IMG/VR virus record: IMGVR_UViG_3300020397_000515
Span: 1-33,709 of that record
Length of the DNA: 33,709 nucleotides
Direction: 5' to 3' (one strand)
DNA from: a virus
Lineage: Duplodnaviria > Caudoviricetes
Shown here: positions 1 through 8,763 of the stretch, in pieces
How the letters are laid out: the number at the start of each line of letters is the position of its first letter
How positions within the stretch are numbered: position 1 is the first letter of the stretch
Translations under genes and position numbers: made by a program
The notes under the pieces: model-generated
Told to the model about the DNA's origin: nothing
The model's input: only the letters and a program-made list of their open reading frames with translations
Database searches by the model: none

Positions 1-337
1 TAGATTGCGTATAACTAACTCCATGAGAAGAACCATTTGAATAAGTATATTGACCTATATACTTGTATCCACTTTGGATTGCATTTCCACTAGCATCACC
101 TAATGTACAACCCCAAAAATTGTTTGTTGCACTTTCGCATTTTAAAGCTCTAAACTTGAGTAATAATTCATGAAAATCATCTGTAGTAGGTAATGATATC
201 TGTAAGTTTGTTAGTCCAGTTTGAGTTGTGGTTGAACTAGAAAATTTTTGTATGTCACCAGCACCACTAACAGTACCAGTAAAAGCAAAGGTGTCTGCTA
301 AGTTCATTGATTCTGCTTGTATCTTACTTAATGCCAT
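1..337 (-). CDS. Small tail fibre/virion protein, 3'-truncated at window start (MALSKIQAESMNLADTFAFTGTVSGAG...)
   Basis: Translated by hand; ATG at 337 with GAGGAAG RBS; frame open to the window edge; N-terminus resembles the other small fibre genes. Confidence 0.75.
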   Translation of the reverse strand, partial: MALSKIQAESMNLADTFAFTGTVSGAGDIQKFSSSTTTQTGLTNLQISLPTTDDFHELLLKFRALKCESATNNFWGCTLGDASGNAIQSGYKYIGQYTYSNGSSHGVSYTQS

Positions 338-344
338 ATCTTCC

Positions 345-1163
345 TCATGTTTTTATTACATATAAAACTGCTGCATTTACTGGTCTTGTTTCATCTCCAG
401 TTCTAGGTGTGCCTTGTGAGTTAATCTCTTGTGGTGCAGTAGTGTTAAAATTATAGGTTGTTCCGTAAGCATTATTACCAATAGCATATGAAGAATAGGT
501 TTGATAAGAAGTACCTGGACTCATTATAGTTTGGTGCTTGTGATCTTGCATTTGGTCATTTTCAATAGTACCTACAGCTGGTGCAGAAAAATCTGTACCC
601 TTAGCCATATTTGCTGTGCCATGAGTGCCAGTACCACGAAGAAACATTGCTCTTAAATCTGGAAGATTAAAAGTACTTGAGCCATCACCACTACCCCAAG
701 TTGTTCCAATAGCAGTATATAAAGTAGCATAAGTTGATCTTGATATAGCTGATCCATCACAAGATAAAAATCCAGTAGGAGATGCTGTTCCACCAAAAGG
801 CATAATCATACCACTTGGTACAAATATTAAATTACTATCTAATTTTGCTTGTGTTATTGCACCATCAGCTATCTTTGCACTTGATACACTACCATCACCA
901 GGCACAGTTGTTTGAATTGCCCTGGCTAAATAAATAACATAAATGTCATCTGTACCAGCAACAGTACCAGTAAGTGTAACTGTTGTACCATTGACACTAT
1001 AAGCTTCTGTTGGCTCTTGCCTTACATTATTTATATATAACGCAATGTCATTAGCATTAGCTACTGCATGAGTAAGTGTCAGACTTGTACCACTTGCACC
1101 AGTTAAGTCTTGTTTTAAAAGACTTGTAAATGCTGTGTCTACTGGGTTTCCTATATATGCCAT
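345..1163 (-). CDS. Tail fibre protein with phage tail-collar domain
   Basis: Likely start MAYIGN at 1163; motif GMIMPFGGTASPTGFLSCDGSAISRSTYATLYTAIGTTWGSGDGSSTFNLPDLRAMFLRG and C-terminal ETRPVNAAVLYVIK typical of tail collar proteins. Confidence 0.9.
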   Translation of the reverse strand: MAYIGNPVDTAFTSLLKQDLTGASGTSLTLTHAVANANDIALYINNVRQEPTEAYSVNGTTVTLTGTVAGTDDIYVIYLARAIQTTVPGDGSVSSAKIADGAITQAKLDSNLIFVPSGMIMPFGGTASPTGFLSCDGSAISRSTYATLYTAIGTTWGSGDGSSTFNLPDLRAMFLRGTGTHGTANMAKGTDFSAPAVGTIENDQMQDHKHQTIMSPGTSYQTYSSYAIGNNAYGTTYNFNTTAPQEINSQGTPRTGDETRPVNAAVLYVIKT

Positions 1164-1828
1164 TAGCTTATTGCATCCACTCTTGAAACCCAAACATCCA
1201 GGCTTGTTACTGTACTCGATTGAAAAAACATCCTATCCCCACTTTGGACAACTAGTTTCGCACCGCCATCTAAAACTTGTAATGCACTATTAGCTGGTAT
1301 TGGTGCATCTTTAATTAAGTAATGCGCATTTGTTAAGGCAATAGTATTTCCCATATTATCGCCATGAGCATTACAATAATAATACAAACTATCAGGAGCA
1401 TTTGAAGCAACAGCTATTGTTGTTTTAGCACCAGCTTGTCCTGGTGTTCCAGTATGAGTAACACCAGTTGTGTAGGCACTACCACCAGCAGCTGTTTTAA
1501 ATTTTAGTAAATGTCCACTATTACTAGCATCTGCTTGATCAAACACATAAGTAAAACCTTTGAGTAAAGTAATCGCTGGTTTTGATGAACCATCTAAAAC
1601 AAATACACCACCAGCTACAGTAACTGTAAAAGTAAATAGATCTCCAGTATTACCAGTATTGTTTGTAGCCATTGTCATAAAGCAAGAAGCTGTTATGGCA
1701 TTGTCCGTTTTGTTTGCCATATGAATACCAATAATTGTATTGTCGCTACCAAAATCAGATCCATCAGGTATGTCCTGGGCAGTTGTACCAATATTGGTTA
1801 TAAAGTTTCTTTCAAAATCTTGTGCCAT
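1163..1828 (-). CDS. Virion structural protein with inserted cupredoxin-like domain
   Basis: ORF track; TYVFDQADASNSGH...LYYYCNAHGDNMG motif; position directly after the main fibre. Confidence 0.7.
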   Translation of the reverse strand: MAQDFERNFITNIGTTAQDIPDGSDFGSDNTIIGIHMANKTDNAITASCFMTMATNNTGNTGDLFTFTVTVAGGVFVLDGSSKPAITLLKGFTYVFDQADASNSGHLLKFKTAAGGSAYTTGVTHTGTPGQAGAKTTIAVASNAPDSLYYYCNAHGDNMGNTIALTNAHYLIKDAPIPANSALQVLDGGAKLVVQSGDRMFFQSSTVTSLDVWVSRVDAIS

Positions 1829-1837
1829 TTTTTACTC

Positions 1838-3184
1838 CTATAAAGCAACAGCCATTGCAATAGCGAACCCAGCTGTAGCACCAGTTTCAACTGATACCCA
1901 TGAAGATCCGTTATAAAATTTTAATTTTTGATCACTAGTATTATAGTATAGGTCACCAGCTTCTAAAGCAGATCCATCAAGGTCTTGTGTTGGATCTGAA
2001 GATGATGCTCCAAGATAAACATTGTCAAATGATGCTTTTGATGCAGCAGCTTGTTCTGCATAATACTTTGCAGAATATAATCCAGTATTTCCTATTGTTG
2101 TATTTGTAGCAAAACTATTACCGCCACCTAACGCCCAGTTTTTTGCAGATCCAGCATTGATTGTTGATCCACTTATAGCATATGATTTTGAACTAAACTC
2201 ACCTGAACTATCTACAGCAGTTGGGTTGATTGCCCATTCTTTTGACGCACCAACCTGGTTGGTAACTCCAGTACCACCCAAAGCGTGTGCTTCAGAACTA
2301 AACTTACCAGTACCAGCTACAACTTCACCAGTTGTCTTAGTTGCAAAATCTTCTGCAAGCTGTACGTTTACTGTTGCATTAGCAGCTGCGGTTTCACTTG
2401 CGGCAGCTGCGGTCGCACTATTTGCAGCAGCTGTTGCAGAAGAAGCAGCATTATTAGCAGAAGTTGTCGCACTAGCTGCATCAACTAATAAAGTGTATTT
2501 TGCACTATTGGCATTTGTTGTAAGCGGTTGTGATCCGCTTGATGTATGAGCAGTATTAACAATAAATATATTATTAGTGCTTGTGTCTTTTACAATATCT
2601 CTTTCAGCATAAGCTGTACTAGCTGCCCAGTTACCTCGTGAAGTTCCAATAGCAGTAGTAATCGTAAGTTCACCAGTACTATCAAAAGACAGTATTTTAT
2701 TAGCACGATCAGTAGCACCAACAGTAAATTCTGTGCTAGTCATTGTATTTGTTCTTGATATTTTAAGTGATCGATCAATAGCTTCTTGCAGCTGTTGAGC
2801 AATCATAGTAATTCTATCAAGAGCGTTTTCATGACTTTCAGCTGGGAATGGATCATTTTCTACATAATCAGTTCCCTGGGTAAGTGTTAAATTTCTTCTA
2901 ATTAAAACTGTTTCTCCACTTTGCGGTCTTTTGTCAGATGACGAAAAGTGAGCATCATTTGCATTACCAGTATTAAATTTAAATAAAACATTACCACCAT
3001 TTGCATTACCAGCATTTGTAACTATGTAATCTGTATTTAAAGCTTTAACTGTTTCTGTATCATTTGCTGATCGAACAATTACAGTTAAATCACCATCAGC
3101 AAATATCTTAAAACTATATGGAAAAGAATGTTGGGTTCCATTTGCACTAGCACTATTTTTTGTAGTAGTACTGGATATTGCCAT
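1838..3184 (-). CDS. Tail fibre protein (T7 gp17-like N-terminal anchor)
   Basis: N-terminal FPYSFKIF...DYIVT...FPAESHENALDRITMIAQQLQE; Ala-rich coiled coil; repeated S-x-K-x-W/Y-A motifs. Confidence 0.85.
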   Translation of the reverse strand: MAISSTTTKNSASANGTQHSFPYSFKIFADGDLTVIVRSANDTETVKALNTDYIVTNAGNANGGNVLFKFNTGNANDAHFSSSDKRPQSGETVLIRRNLTLTQGTDYVENDPFPAESHENALDRITMIAQQLQEAIDRSLKISRTNTMTSTEFTVGATDRANKILSFDSTGELTITTAIGTSRGNWAASTAYAERDIVKDTSTNNIFIVNTAHTSSGSQPLTTNANSAKYTLLVDAASATTSANNAASSATAAANSATAAAASETAAANATVNVQLAEDFATKTTGEVVAGTGKFSSEAHALGGTGVTNQVGASKEWAINPTAVDSSGEFSSKSYAISGSTINAGSAKNWALGGGNSFATNTTIGNTGLYSAKYYAEQAAASKASFDNVYLGASSSDPTQDLDGSALEAGDLYYNTSDQKLKFYNGSSWVSVETGATAGFAIAMAVAL

Positions 3185-3185
3185 A

Positions 3186-6100
3186 TTATTGTCCTCTTAA
3201 AATTTTAATTGATTGATCAACTGTGCTTTCATCTCTAAATGCATCTGCCAAATCTTCATTGCCTGGTGAAGCTAAAAGAATTGGTAAAGCAGCTTCATAA
3301 AAAAATCTTTCTGCATTTTTAATCATTTGTATTTTTTCATCATCGTTTGCTTTTACATATTCAGGGTTGATCATTAGTATTTTTAAATAATCTCTAAATG
3401 TATAACCGCCTTGACCTTTTAGTGAACCTTTTATTCTTAAAGGTAACATAACCTGGTTTTTAGCTATTTCAGTAAGTTGTCCTCTTCTAATATCATCAAG
3501 AGAAATACCTCTCATTCGTTTTTTTTCTTCTGTCAGAGGTGCGCCCAATCTAATTAGTTCTGCATGATAAGGCTCTATTTCTTCTACACCATAAGACATT
3601 CTAAAAGGCGTAATACTATTCCACATAGCAAGTATTGGATTCACACTAAATGGAACACCACGCTCTTTTTTAAATCCAAGCATATCATATTTGTATGCAA
3701 ACTTTTCTTCTACACCTTTAACATATGGCAATGTCATTACTTGTTGATTCCAACCATATGCCATGTTGTCGTAAAAAAATTGTGCGGCACTATTACCATC
3801 AATATTTTTTAAAGTTCCCACCAATCCATAAGGTATTTCAGAAAATGGGTTATCTGTTTTTTTACTATCTTCAAATAACTTTTCAACATCAGCTATGCTG
3901 TAATATTGTCCAGGAACAGCTGGGGTTTTTCTTGGTATTATAGTTCCTTGACCATCCACGCCCTCTTCTTCTTTTGTAAGCTTAGATATATTTCTTATTG
4001 CGCTTGAATAAGGCAAGGGCAATACACCTACCATACTACCAAGAGGACTATCTACTATTAATCCAGGGTCACCATATTCGATTGCTCTAGCTATAGATCC
4101 TAGACCTTGTAAAAAAGGAAGATCTCTAAAATAATCATATGTTGCCAAAACACTAGCAGATATTAAATTCATACGATCTTCAGGATCATAAAACATAGTT
4201 TGATATTGAGCAGTACTTGCGGCAATACCTAAAAATGCACTTACTGGTTCTAAACCTTGATAGCTAACATAAACAAGTTTACCATTTGGTAATCCAGTTT
4301 CCCTATTGTACATTGGCAAAACGTCACCATCTTCATCAGTTGGAAAACCTTCTGCTCTAAATACAATACTGTAAGGCTGCCACCCAGGAGGTAACATTTT
4401 TTGTGCTTGTTTATCTCTTGGATAAGATCCAGTCAGTTGTCCATTTAATGCATACTCATGGAACAATGATAATGTCATTGCACCCAAGGACATTTTGCCC
4501 ATTGTTCTTTGTTGTATTCTTGCACCATTTTTACCAAGTATATTATCTCTTACCTGGCTGCGGCTTGGTGTAAGTAATAAAGCTGCATTTATTAAAGGAT
4601 GACCTTCTGCAACTCTAAGCATACTGTTTGTTGGCGCCTTGGCAAAAGGCATCAACAATTTGCCAATAAATCCTCTTCTAATATTTTTAGTTAATCCACC
4701 AAGTAATCCATCACCTAGATCACTTGTCATTGTAACATATCTAGCTGCATTATCTAATTCATCAGATTTAAATTTAGGATCTAATAAAACCATTAATGCA
4801 TCATCTACTGAATCATCATTTGATTTACCTAAAGCTTTTGACTTTCTAACTTGCCTTACAGCTTGTTCATACAATTCACCACGACTTGAAATTACTCTCC
4901 AAAAATCGTCAGCAGCTTGTAAAGCAGTTCCTGGGTATCTAATGATTTTACCTAATAAATCAACAGCTTTACCAAGGTCACCTGATAAATTTAATGTTTC
5001 AGCATCTATTGCTTTGTAATTACTATTTTCAATTTTATTTAAAACATCTGCTGGTACGCCAGTTTTAAATGTTTTAGCCATCACAATGTACGCATCTCTC
5101 AAAGATTTATGATAACCATAATATCTAGCAAATATATCCTCAAAAAAAACACCTTCAGGGTTTACTTGTTTGCCAAGTGTTTTTTGCCCTAGTCTAACAG
5201 TTGTTCCAATACCAGCTGCAAGAATATCTGCCATTGAATTGTAAATCATAAATAAAGGCGTAGCCAAAGCGTTTTTTAAATGTGTAGGCGCCCAGCTTAG
5301 TAACCCATTTATGTATACCTCTTGCCATACATCGCCTAGTTTTTGATACCATGCACCAGCAACATATTTATTACCATTAGCTTGTCCACCTTCTTTAACA
5401 GCATCTAAATAACCTTTTGCCATTTTTTGAACAAGATCTGTTCCGCCAGTTTCATCAAGAATAACTTGTGCCTGGACTAATGGTTGATTTGTACCAGTTT
5501 GAATTTTAAAAGATTGCAATGCCCTGGCAATTTCAGTTTGCGCCCCTTTTACTTTCATTTGTATACCAGCATGAATTGACATTTGCCTTCTAAAAGCAAC
5601 CATGTCATTTGGACTTGCATTTCCGCTTTCAATTTTTTTTGCAAGTTCTTCTAATCGTTTAGCTGATTTTTGTAACAAATATCGAGCAGCTGTCATTTGT
5701 TCTGCATTTAACAGCTGACCAACTTTTTTATTTAAAAGTTTTTTTGTAAATCCTATTTCATTTGCAAGAAGCTGCGAAGCTTCGTCAACAGTTTCTTTGT
5801 TTGTTTTGATACCCCTTTTTTCAACTTGTTGAGTATCTGCGAAAATTTCGCTAATAGAGTTAATTGCTCTCGTGACATCTGCACCACTATCAAAATTGTT
5901 AAAATTAAAATCTAAACCAGTATCACCTGATATTAAGTTCTTATCTTTTATTTCAAGATAATCTTTGACGTTACCTTCGTCAGTTAATCCTTGTCTAAAA
6001 TTAGTTCTATGAGCAGCTTTTGCATCTAATGTAGCTTGTGTTTCAGCTGCTTCTTTAGCAATACCAATAACATCTTCTTCAGGGTTAACTGCCTTTGCAC

Positions 6101-6425
6101 TAAATCCAGCTTTTGAAAATCTTTCTGCACCTTCTTCAGTTAACACTCCAGGTGATAATTTTTTTTGTACTTCTTCGTAAGTTTCACCCTCTTTTAATAA
6201 AGTTTCTACTCCAGGCTCAGGAACTCTTTGTGTTGTGTCACTTCCTGACACAGATCCAGTTATACCGCCTTTTTTTTCTCTACTAAGTATTTGTCCTAAT
6301 GTTCCAAGTATTTCTTTACCTAATCCAGCTACTTGCACATTTTCACTTTTGTCAGGTCTTGTGCTTGCAAGTTTTACTTCGTTAGTGTCCAAAGAATCTT
6401 GAATTTGTTCGTCAGGTATTGCCAT
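3186..6425 (-). CDS. Large internal virion/ejection protein (gp16-like)
   Basis: ~1079 aa from MAIPDEQ at 6425; helical; GWQPYSI and YVSYQGLEP motifs; position between ejection genes and fibre. Confidence 0.75.
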   Translation of the reverse strand: MAIPDEQIQDSLDTNEVKLASTRPDKSENVQVAGLGKEILGTLGQILSREKKGGITGSVSGSDTTQRVPEPGVETLLKEGETYEEVQKKLSPGVLTEEGAERFSKAGFSAKAVNPEEDVIGIAKEAAETQATLDAKAAHRTNFRQGLTDEGNVKDYLEIKDKNLISGDTGLDFNFNNFDSGADVTRAINSISEIFADTQQVEKRGIKTNKETVDEASQLLANEIGFTKKLLNKKVGQLLNAEQMTAARYLLQKSAKRLEELAKKIESGNASPNDMVAFRRQMSIHAGIQMKVKGAQTEIARALQSFKIQTGTNQPLVQAQVILDETGGTDLVQKMAKGYLDAVKEGGQANGNKYVAGAWYQKLGDVWQEVYINGLLSWAPTHLKNALATPLFMIYNSMADILAAGIGTTVRLGQKTLGKQVNPEGVFFEDIFARYYGYHKSLRDAYIVMAKTFKTGVPADVLNKIENSNYKAIDAETLNLSGDLGKAVDLLGKIIRYPGTALQAADDFWRVISSRGELYEQAVRQVRKSKALGKSNDDSVDDALMVLLDPKFKSDELDNAARYVTMTSDLGDGLLGGLTKNIRRGFIGKLLMPFAKAPTNSMLRVAEGHPLINAALLLTPSRSQVRDNILGKNGARIQQRTMGKMSLGAMTLSLFHEYALNGQLTGSYPRDKQAQKMLPPGWQPYSIVFRAEGFPTDEDGDVLPMYNRETGLPNGKLVYVSYQGLEPVSAFLGIAASTAQYQTMFYDPEDRMNLISASVLATYDYFRDLPFLQGLGSIARAIEYGDPGLIVDSPLGSMVGVLPLPYSSAIRNISKLTKEEEGVDGQGTIIPRKTPAVPGQYYSIADVEKLFEDSKKTDNPFSEIPYGLVGTLKNIDGNSAAQFFYDNMAYGWNQQVMTLPYVKGVEEKFAYKYDMLGFKKERGVPFSVNPILAMWNSITPFRMSYGVEEIEPYHAELIRLGAPLTEEKKRMRGISLDDIRRGQLTEIAKNQVMLPLRIKGSLKGQGGYTFRDYLKILMINPEYVKANDDEKIQMIKNAERFFYEAALPILLASPGNEDLADAFRDESTVDQSIKILRGQ

Positions 6426-6436
6426 GAAATTCCCAT

Positions 6437-6461
6437 AAAAAAAGGGTGCTTCACAACACCC
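6437..6461 (-). terminator. Intrinsic terminator
   Basis: Minus strand GGGTGTT-GTGA-AGCACCC hairpin (GNRA loop, one G-U pair) followed by T7. Confidence 0.8.
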
Positions 6462-6475
6462 CAACTATATATAGT

Positions 6476-6504
6476 CTTATACCAAATTTTAGGACATTTG
6501 TGAA
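6476..6504 (-). promoter_or_regulatory. Putative sigma70 promoter
   Basis: Minus strand TTCACA-N17-TATAAG with TGn extended -10. Confidence 0.5.
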
Positions 6505-6509
6505 TTTTT

Positions 6510-6743
6510 TTATACTAAACTCATTTGTCCATCATTTTCAATTTCATTGTTGTCTTGAAACATTTCAGGCAATGCTGCTATTTCTTCAGCTTCTAATTCA
6601 GTAGGTACATCACCATTATAAACTAAATCTAAATAATTTTGTCTTGTTAATGGTATGTCATATTTTTTCATCAAAGATATAAAACCATCCTCATTGTTCC
6701 CAGGTTGGTTTTTCGATACCTCCAGTTTCTCGCTCAATGCCAT
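6510..6743 (-). CDS. Small acidic hypothetical protein
   Basis: 77 aa ORF overlapping the upstream gene by 53 nt (alternative start MKKYD); 16 D/E vs 5 K/R. Confidence 0.65.
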   Translation of the reverse strand: MALSEKLEVSKNQPGNNEDGFISLMKKYDIPLTRQNYLDLVYNGDVPTELEAEEIAALPEMFQDNNEIENDGQMSLV

Positions 6744-8763
6744 TTATAACCTCATCTAAAGATAATTCATTGTTTCTATATTTATACCATAAACTGTCAA
6801 TTGCTTCTACTTTTTTTGGTGATTGTTTGAAAGTTGATGGAAACAATCCTCTTACAGCTTCCCAGGTTATTGATTGCATCTCTCTTGGCAAAACGCCCCT
6901 TTCAGCTGCTGCTCTTCTATAAGCTTCTGCATAAATACTATATAAACCCTTAATACCATTTACTTTTGAATTTTTAGTTGCACCTTTCCAATCTGCCTTT
7001 TGATCTTTTACAGAAGGTGCTGTGCCAAAGTTATGATTTACAATTGTATGTTTACCACCAACTGGTCTTAAAGTAGCAGCTGCAACTGCGTGTGTATCTA
7101 TTGTTACATCACCATTTTTAGAATTTGGATCAACTATATTATTATAAAAACTTCTAACTTTGTGTGCATCACCTAAAGCGCCTGATATGATTGCTTTGTC
7201 ACCATTACTTTCTAAAGCTATAATTGCATTTTTTATCATGACATTAGAGTTCCAAGCAGCACGAGCATTAACGCCATCATCAGTTAAAACAAAATCTCCC
7301 ATATTACCTTCAGGGGTAATTACTTTAAAAGATCTATCATTAAAAGTTTCATCATATATTCTTACCCATATTGCTTTTTCTTCAGGTGTTTCTAACTCAC
7401 TTAATTTTTTTCCATCAATAGCATCAAGTAATTTTTTATATTGAGGTTTACCAAATTTTTCTAAACCCATTGCCCTCATTTTAGCATCGTAAACAAAATC
7501 TTTTTTGTTAGTAACGATATCTAATGTTCTTTCTGCTAGTGAAACATTCATGTACCAATCCTTTTGCGGTGATAAAGCTGCTAACACACCGCTTGCTGAT
7601 TGTAATGAAACACCATATTTTTTACTAAAATCTTGGGCAATTTTGTTTGCGCCTACATACCATAATTTAGATCTATTTCTTGTGGCTGGTGGAACTTTAT
7701 CAAACAAATAAAGAAGATTATTTTTTGCATGATTGATATAAGTTTCAGCTATTTCATCAGTAGATTTGTTTGTTATTTCACTTACTTTTAAATTTGGATA
7801 ATCACTTAAAATACCAATGTTATGATCAAATTGTGCTTTGTTTGTTTTACTTTCAGCTAGTCCAACAGACAAATAATTTTTAATTGGATCTTCAGTTCTA
7901 TTTACAGCTTGTGGATTTCTAGGTGAAATAAGAATATCTGCAATTTTACTACCTACACCAGCTTCTGCATCACTTGTTGCAACAGATCCAGCTATTAAAC
8001 CACCGCCAGTTAAAACTTTTTTCCAGGGTATTTTACGACCTACTTTAAAAGCAGTTTCAAGTAAACCACCTATTGCCATACCTTCTAAACTTGATTTAGC
8101 CAATTTTGCAGCTTCAGGGTCATCCTCATATTTTTCTAATAAACTGCCAAGCATTTCTCTAAATGCGTTTGTATCTTCTTCACTTACACCTTCAGGGTTT
8201 GATATTAGTTGTCCTACCAAAGTTTGATCATTTGCATTAAATGCTGTTGCATCAGCTATACCCCCCCATATAAGACTTCGTGTAAAAGGATTAGTGTTTG
8301 TGGCTAATTTAACAAAACTTGCAGCTGGGATAGCTGTGGTTCCAAATTGTGCAATAGCTTCTGATAATTGACCAGTAAGTTGATTGTCATATGGTTTTGA
8401 TAAGTAGTCGTTAAATTGTTTATTCAAACTTGATGGAACAAGTTGATCTGCGGAATCTCTTATAAAATTAATACCATCTTGCAGCATTTGGCTGCCCATA
8501 ATTGGATACTGGATATCCAAACCTAATTTATTTAAACCAGCTGTCATAATGTCAACTGGTAATCCAACAATCGTAGCCAAATTATTTGGCGCTTCAATCA
8601 TTCCTTTGACAACACCTTTGACACTTGCTCTTCCAATTGTTTCAGGAATTGTTTCTTTTTTTTCAGGAGGATCTACTAATTGTACTTTTGGACTTAAATT
8701 AAAAAAACTAGCTACCTCTGCATTTTCATATTCGTTGAGTTGTTCATCTAAATAACTTGTCAT
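6691..8763 (-). CDS. Putative internal virion protein fused to a C-terminal HhH-GPD DNA-glycosylase-like domain
   Basis: Position among ejection genes; C-terminal motifs LWY, AALSPQKDWYMNV, HKVRSFYNNI, VTIDTHA, YAEAYRRAA, PREMQSITW. Confidence 0.7.
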   Translation of the reverse strand: MTSYLDEQLNEYENAEVASFFNLSPKVQLVDPPEKKETIPETIGRASVKGVVKGMIEAPNNLATIVGLPVDIMTAGLNKLGLDIQYPIMGSQMLQDGINFIRDSADQLVPSSLNKQFNDYLSKPYDNQLTGQLSEAIAQFGTTAIPAASFVKLATNTNPFTRSLIWGGIADATAFNANDQTLVGQLISNPEGVSEEDTNAFREMLGSLLEKYEDDPEAAKLAKSSLEGMAIGGLLETAFKVGRKIPWKKVLTGGGLIAGSVATSDAEAGVGSKIADILISPRNPQAVNRTEDPIKNYLSVGLAESKTNKAQFDHNIGILSDYPNLKVSEITNKSTDEIAETYINHAKNNLLYLFDKVPPATRNRSKLWYVGANKIAQDFSKKYGVSLQSASGVLAALSPQKDWYMNVSLAERTLDIVTNKKDFVYDAKMRAMGLEKFGKPQYKKLLDAIDGKKLSELETPEEKAIWVRIYDETFNDRSFKVITPEGNMGDFVLTDDGVNARAAWNSNVMIKNAIIALESNGDKAIISGALGDAHKVRSFYNNIVDPNSKNGDVTIDTHAVAAATLRPVGGKHTIVNHNFGTAPSVKDQKADWKGATKNSKVNGIKGLYSIYAEAYRRAAAERGVLPREMQSITWEAVRGLFPSTFKQSPKKVEAIDSLWYKYRNNELSLDEVINGIERETGGIEKPTWEQ

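Noticed and set aside
6426-6464. TTG-start N-terminal extension of the large ejection protein
   Set aside because: Runs through the terminator hairpin; ATG at 6425 is more plausible
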